A DNA stretch of 64,000 nucleotides from Dehalococcoidia bacterium (GTDB taxonomy: Bacteria > Chloroflexota > Dehalococcoidia > UBA2979): contig OZ253555.1 of the NCBI GenBank assembly GCA_965262725.1, positions 3,104,001 through 3,168,000 of the forward strand, in the 5' to 3' direction. The notes beneath the pieces are model-generated. The model was not told the origin of the DNA and did not search any database. It saw only the letters and a list, made by a program, of their open reading frames with translations. A program made the translations under genes and the position numbers. Of this stretch, positions 59,358 through 64,000 are shown one piece after another (position 1 is the stretch's first letter; each line of letters begins with the position of its first letter).

Positions 59358-60116
59358 GTGAGCAAGGCGACCGGCACCGACCAGTTGGGGAGGCGCGCGA
59401 AGATCGGCGTCCTCGTGCCCGCGACGAACACCGTCGCCGGGCCGGAGTGCGAGGCGCTGCGCCCGCCGGGCGTGACCAACCACCCCTCGCGCATGGCGCC
59501 GGCGCGCCGGCCGACCGACGACATGGAGGGCTACCGGAAGAGCATCGGAGCGGGCGAGGAGGCGTCCTGCGACGCCATCGACCTCGTCACCCCGTGCGAG
59601 CCGGGAGCGATCCTGCTCGCGCACTCCATCGACTCCTTCTTGGGCGGCGTCGCCGCCGCCGAGCAGCTCGCCCAGAGGCTGACCGATCACGCCGGCGTGC
59701 CGGTGATCGTCCCCTCGCTCGCGGCGGCCGCGGCGCTTCAGGCGCTCGGTGGCATCCGTCGCATCGCGCTGCTCACCCCCTACATGCCGCCCGGCGACGA
59801 GGTGTGCGAGGCCTTCTTCTCCGACGCCGGCTACGACGTGCGCCGCGTGCTCGGGCTCCGGTGCCAGGGGGCGCTCGCCATCGCGGAGGTGCCCGCCCCC
59901 CGCATCGAGGAGTCGCTCGATGAGCTCGACGGCGACGACATCGACGCCATCGTGCAGGCGGGTACCAATCTGCCCATGGCTCACCTCGTCGCGGGCGCCG
60001 AGCGCCGGCTGGGGAAGCCCGTGCTCTCGATCAACGTCGCGAGCTACTGGCAGACGCTGCGCGGGCTCGACATCCGGGACCGCGTCTCCGGCTTCGGAGC
60101 GCTCCTCGAGCGCTGA
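59358..60116 (+). CDS. Maleate isomerase / Asp-Glu racemase family protein
   Basis: IGVLVPATNT, LLTPY, DAIVQAGTNL, E..LGKPVLSIN. Confidence 0.82.
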   Translation: MSKATGTDQLGRRAKIGVLVPATNTVAGPECEALRPPGVTNHPSRMAPARRPTDDMEGYRKSIGAGEEASCDAIDLVTPCEPGAILLAHSIDSFLGGVAAAEQLAQRLTDHAGVPVIVPSLAAAAALQALGGIRRIALLTPYMPPGDEVCEAFFSDAGYDVRRVLGLRCQGALAIAEVPAPRIEESLDELDGDDIDAIVQAGTNLPMAHLVAGAERRLGKPVLSINVASYWQTLRGLDIRDRVSGFGALLER

Positions 60117-60230
60117 GCCGCTCCGTCCGGCGCCCTGCGGCACGCCGCCGAATCGCGGGAACGGAGGACGAGCGTGCGGACGCGGGGCGATGCCGGCGAC
60201 CGCGGCGTCGGCCGTGCGGCCGGCGAGCGG

Positions 60231-61388
60231 ATGAGGCGGGCGACGCCCGCCGCGCTGGGGCGTCCCCGCATTCCGGGAACGCGCGCGCGAGGCGGAGACG
60301 CTCGCGCCGCCCTGCTCGCCGCCCTGCTCGCGATCTCCCTCCTCTCGTGCGATGCACCGGCGCCGGCTCGGGACGCCACCGCTCCCCCCAACCCCCCAGC
60401 CACGGCCACCGTAGCTCCCACGGCCACAGCGGCCGCGACCGCGGCGCCGACCCCGGTCACTCCCGCTTCGGCGGCCTCCCCGGCCTCACCCGGCCCCACC
60501 GGTACCGCGGCAACCGCTTCCACGCCCGCCGCCACGGCGCTACCGCCCGTCCCCACGACGCCAGCAGCGACGCCGACCTCGACTCCCCCCGAGTCCCCTC
60601 CGCCCATCCAACTGGAGGTCGTGGTCACACCGATCGCGTCGGGGATTCCGGCCTACGACCGCGACGAGTGGAGCCATTGGCGCGACGCCGACGGCGATTG
60701 CCAGGACACGCGCCAGGAGGTGCTGATCGACGAATCACGCCTCAGGGTCAGCTACGAGAGTGGGCCGAACTGCCGCGTGGGGTCGGGGCTCTGGGTCGGT
60801 CCCTACACCGGGCTCGACTTCACTCATCCGGGCGACCTCGATATCGATCACATGGTGCCCCTGCACAACGCGCACCGCTCCGGGGGATGGGCGTGGAGCC
60901 GGGAACGCAAGGCCGCCTACGCAAACGACCTGAGCTACGACAACCACCTCATCGCGGCGCAGAGCTCGGCCAACCGGCGCAAGGGCGCGAGCGGCCCCGA
61001 GCAGTGGAAGCCGCCGCTACGCAGCTACTGGTGCCACTACGCCATCGACTGGATCGTGATCAAGCAGACCTGGGATCTGACCTCCACTGAGAGCGAGCTC
61101 GCGGCCCTGCGGTCGATGCTGGAGGAGTGCACCGACCCGCCGGCGCTCACGGTCCGGCGGGAGGACGCGGCGGCCCCGGGCCGGACGGGCGAGAGTACGG
61201 CCACGCCGGCGCCGCCCTCGGTACTCCTCTACGATCCCGCCGGCCCCGATCGCGATTGCGGAGACTTCCCCAGCTGGGCCGAGGCACAGGCCTTCTATAC
61301 GGCGGCCGGGGGGCCGGGCAGCGATCGACACCGGCTGGACGGTGACGGCGACGGCATCGTCTGCGAGTCCCTGCCGGGCGCGCCGTAG
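60231..61388 (+). CDS. Secreted lipoprotein: P/T linker, DUF1524 (HNH-like) nuclease and Excalibur-like Ca-binding domain
   Basis: Lipobox LLSC; YDRDEW.HW.D.DGDC.DTR, DIDHMVPL, N..KG, C.YA..W; DRDCGDF...LDGDGDGIVCESL. Confidence 0.82.
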   Translation: MRRATPAALGRPRIPGTRARGGDARAALLAALLAISLLSCDAPAPARDATAPPNPPATATVAPTATAAATAAPTPVTPASAASPASPGPTGTAATASTPAATALPPVPTTPAATPTSTPPESPPPIQLEVVVTPIASGIPAYDRDEWSHWRDADGDCQDTRQEVLIDESRLRVSYESGPNCRVGSGLWVGPYTGLDFTHPGDLDIDHMVPLHNAHRSGGWAWSRERKAAYANDLSYDNHLIAAQSSANRRKGASGPEQWKPPLRSYWCHYAIDWIVIKQTWDLTSTESELAALRSMLEECTDPPALTVRREDAAAPGRTGESTATPAPPSVLLYDPAGPDRDCGDFPSWAEAQAFYTAAGGPGSDRHRLDGDGDGIVCESLPGAP

Positions 61389-61465
61389 CGCGCGCACCGG
61401 TCGGCCACCAGAGTCCATCCATCGTGGCGAGCGCGTAGACTCCCCCGCCGTGGGAAGGGACGGGT

Positions 61466-62455
61466 GTGAAGCTCGCGACGTTCGAGGCGAGAGACGAGGG
61501 GGTCGGGACCCCGAACGGTGCGACGGCCGACGGCGGTCGCGAGCGCATCGGTGCCGTCGTCGACTCCGACAGCGCCGTCGTCGACCTGCAGGCCGCCCAC
61601 GAGCTCCAACATGGCGAGCCCGCGCCCCATCTCGCGAGCATGCTCGCGCTCCTGGACGGCGGCGAGCCCGCCCTCGAGAACGCGAGGCGGCTCGCCGAGG
61701 CGGGACCCACCGCCTCCGTGCGGGCGCTCGACGACGTCCACCTCCTCGCGCCACTCCCGCGGCCGCGGCAGATCCGCGACTTCCTCTGCTTCGAGGAGCA
61801 CCTCCAGAACGTCGTGGACCAGATGAGGCGGCGCGGGGCCTCGGGCGCGCTGGGCATCGCGCCGGTGTGGTACGAGCAGCCGGTGTTCTACACGGCGAAC
61901 GCGCTTGCCGTGGTCGGTCCCGACGCCGAGGTCACCTGGCCTCCCTACTCCACGTCGATGGACTACGAGCTCGAACTCGCCCTGGTGATCGGGCGCGCAG
62001 GAAAGAACATCCCCCGGGAGGAGGCGCTCTCACACGCCTTCGGGCTCACCATCCTCAACGACCTCTCCGCGCGCGACGCGCAGATGCAGGTGATGCCCGC
62101 CGGCCTGGGCCCCGGCACCGGCAAGGACTTCGACGGCGGCAACGTGCTCGGGCCCTGGATCACGACGCTCGACGAGATAGGCGACGTGCAGGGGCTCGCG
62201 ATGGAGGTGCGCGTGAACGGGGAGCGCTGGGGCGGTGGGAACTCGGCGTCGATGCACCACGACTTCGCGGCGATGATCGCGCACGTCTCGCGCGGGAGCA
62301 CGCTCCACCCCGGCGAGGTGCTCGCCTCCGGAACGGTCGGGACCGGCTGCGCCTTCGAGATCGGGCGCGATCTCTCGGATGGCGACCTCGTCGAGCTCGA
62401 GGTCGAGCGCATCGGCGTGCTGCGGACACGCGTGCGGCGCGCCCCGGCCGGCTGA
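61466..62455 (+). CDS. Fumarylacetoacetate hydrolase family protein
   Basis: RDF..FEEH, DYELE, ILNDLSARD, GKDF, GPWI, PGEVLASGT. Confidence 0.9.
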   Translation: MKLATFEARDEGVGTPNGATADGGRERIGAVVDSDSAVVDLQAAHELQHGEPAPHLASMLALLDGGEPALENARRLAEAGPTASVRALDDVHLLAPLPRPRQIRDFLCFEEHLQNVVDQMRRRGASGALGIAPVWYEQPVFYTANALAVVGPDAEVTWPPYSTSMDYELELALVIGRAGKNIPREEALSHAFGLTILNDLSARDAQMQVMPAGLGPGTGKDFDGGNVLGPWITTLDEIGDVQGLAMEVRVNGERWGGGNSASMHHDFAAMIAHVSRGSTLHPGEVLASGTVGTGCAFEIGRDLSDGDLVELEVERIGVLRTRVRRAPAG

Positions 62456-62596
62456 GTCCGGCGGCACGCCAGCCCGCGCGCAGCGATTGACAGTGAACCG
62501 TCAGGGCTATTCTCTAGTAGGTGGCCAGATCGACGTGAGCCGCCGACCGCCCCTCCGGGGTTGCGCGCGGGCGCGCAGGGGGAATCGGGGTAGACG

Positions 62597-64000
62597 ATGG
62601 CAGGCAGCGGCAAGGTACTGCATTTCGGGGATACCGCCCGGCGGGATCTGCAGACAGGCGTCGCGGCGCTGGCGCGGGCCGTCCAGGTCACGCTCGGTCC
62701 GCGTGGGCGCAACGTGGTCCTCAACCGTGGCGGCGGCGGCGGGACCTTCACGAAGGACGGCGTCACCGTCGCACGTGAGATTGAGCTCCGCGACCAGTTC
62801 CCGAACATGGGCACGCAGCTCCTGAAGCAGGCCGCCGAGAAGACCAACGACACGGCCGGCGACGGCACGACCACCGCGGTCGTTCTGGGGCAGGCCATCT
62901 ACGACGAGGGCGTCCGCAACATCGCGGCCGGCGCCGACCCGATGTCGCTCCGCCGAGGACTCGACCGTGCCCTCGGCGTCGTGAGCGAGGAGCTCACGCG
63001 CCTCGCGGTCCCGGTCGAGCAGGCGGAGATGGTCAGGCAGGTGGCGACCGTCGCGGCCAACGGCGACGCGGAGATCGGCGGACTGCTCGCCGACGTCCTC
63101 GACAAGGTCGGGCGCGACGGCGTGATCACGATCGAGGAGGGGAAGAGCACCGAGTTCGAGACCGAGGTCGTCGAGGGCTTGGTGATCGAGAATGGCTGGC
63201 TCTCCCCCCACTTCAACACCGATACGGATCGGCTGGAGTGTGTGATCGAGAAGCCCTACATCCTCATCACCGACATGAAGCTCAGCACGCTGCAGCAGAC
63301 CATCCCCTTCCTCGAGCGCTTCCTGCAGCACTCGAAGGACCTCGTGATCATCTGCGAGACGATGGACAACGAGGTCCTCTCGACGCTCGTCCTGAACAAG
63401 ATGCGCGGCAACCTCCATCCGCTGGTGGTGCGCGCGCCGAACTTCGGCGACCGCCGCAAGCAGGTTCTGGAGGACATCGCGACGCTGACCGGGGGCTCGG
63501 TCGTCTCCGTCGAGCAGGGGCACAGCATCGAGAAGGTCGCGTTCGAGGCGCTGGGCCGCGCCGACCGCGTGGTCAGCGGGCCCCGCCGCACGACGATCGT
63601 CGGCGGCCAGGGCTCGGAGGAGAGCATCCGCGAGCGCATCGACTCGCTGCGCGGGCAGATGGATCTCACCACGGACAGCTACGAGCGCGAGGCGATCCAG
63701 AAGCGCCTCGCCGCCGTGGCGGGCGGCGTCGGCATCGTCCGCACCGGAGGCACTAGCGAGGCCGACGTCAAGGAGAAGAAGTACCGGGTCGAGGACGCGC
63801 TGAACGCGGTGCGCGCGGCGCTCGAGGAGGGCGTGGTGCCGGGTGGCGGCGTCGCCTTCATTCGGGCGCGCAGCGCGCTTGAGCCGCTGATCGCCGAGCT
63901 CGGCTCATCGGACGAGGGAACGGCCGTCCGCATGCTGTACAGCGCGCTCGCCTCGCCGCTGCGCGAGATCGTGCGGAACGCCGGGGGTCTGGGCGACGTT
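62597..64000 (+). CDS. groL: Chaperonin GroEL paralog (runs off the window; absent from the ORF track)
   Basis: Translation from ATG 62597: VTLGPRGRNVV, TKDGVTVA.EI, TND.AGDGTTT, AP.FGDRRK, KEKKYRVEDALNA.RAA.EEG.VPGGG. Confidence 0.93.
   Translation, partial: MAGSGKVLHFGDTARRDLQTGVAALARAVQVTLGPRGRNVVLNRGGGGGTFTKDGVTVAREIELRDQFPNMGTQLLKQAAEKTNDTAGDGTTTAVVLGQAIYDEGVRNIAAGADPMSLRRGLDRALGVVSEELTRLAVPVEQAEMVRQVATVAANGDAEIGGLLADVLDKVGRDGVITIEEGKSTEFETEVVEGLVIENGWLSPHFNTDTDRLECVIEKPYILITDMKLSTLQQTIPFLERFLQHSKDLVIICETMDNEVLSTLVLNKMRGNLHPLVVRAPNFGDRRKQVLEDIATLTGGSVVSVEQGHSIEKVAFEALGRADRVVSGPRRTTIVGGQGSEESIRERIDSLRGQMDLTTDSYEREAIQKRLAAVAGGVGIVRTGGTSEADVKEKKYRVEDALNAVRAALEEGVVPGGGVAFIRARSALEPLIAELGSSDEGTAVRMLYSALASPLREIVRNAGGLGDV

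Overview
High-GC bacterial chromosome segment. Gene content (class III CoA-transferases, SDRs, LLM and split-barrel oxidoreductases, DUF3090, Pro/Thr-rich lipoproteins) suggests Chloroflexota/Dehalococcoidia, but this is inference. Most of the window is metabolic or housekeeping: sucCD, ppx plus two Tmk-like genes, murB, ilvD, M1 aminopeptidase, a TPP-riboswitch thiamine ABC operon, a cobalamin-riboswitch btuCD-like pair and a divergent groEL. The standout is a 17-kb mobile region (14858-31692) with two near-identical, inverted copies of a group II twintron. In each copy an 862-nt ORF-less group II intron sits inside the RT/maturase ORF (at FESIP|HDRL) of a related 2.07-kb group II intron. That outer intron has homed, antisense, into the same site 43 bp from the end of two different IS630-family elements. 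The inner and outer ribozymes share a scaffold but carry different EBS1/EBS2/EBS3 sequences, each complementary to its own target. Copy 1 was further hit by IS21 and IS256, and abuts a frameshifted IS1182-like element; this 9.1-kb nest collapses to a single CTAG. All coordinates and pairings were read by eye, with no database searches.
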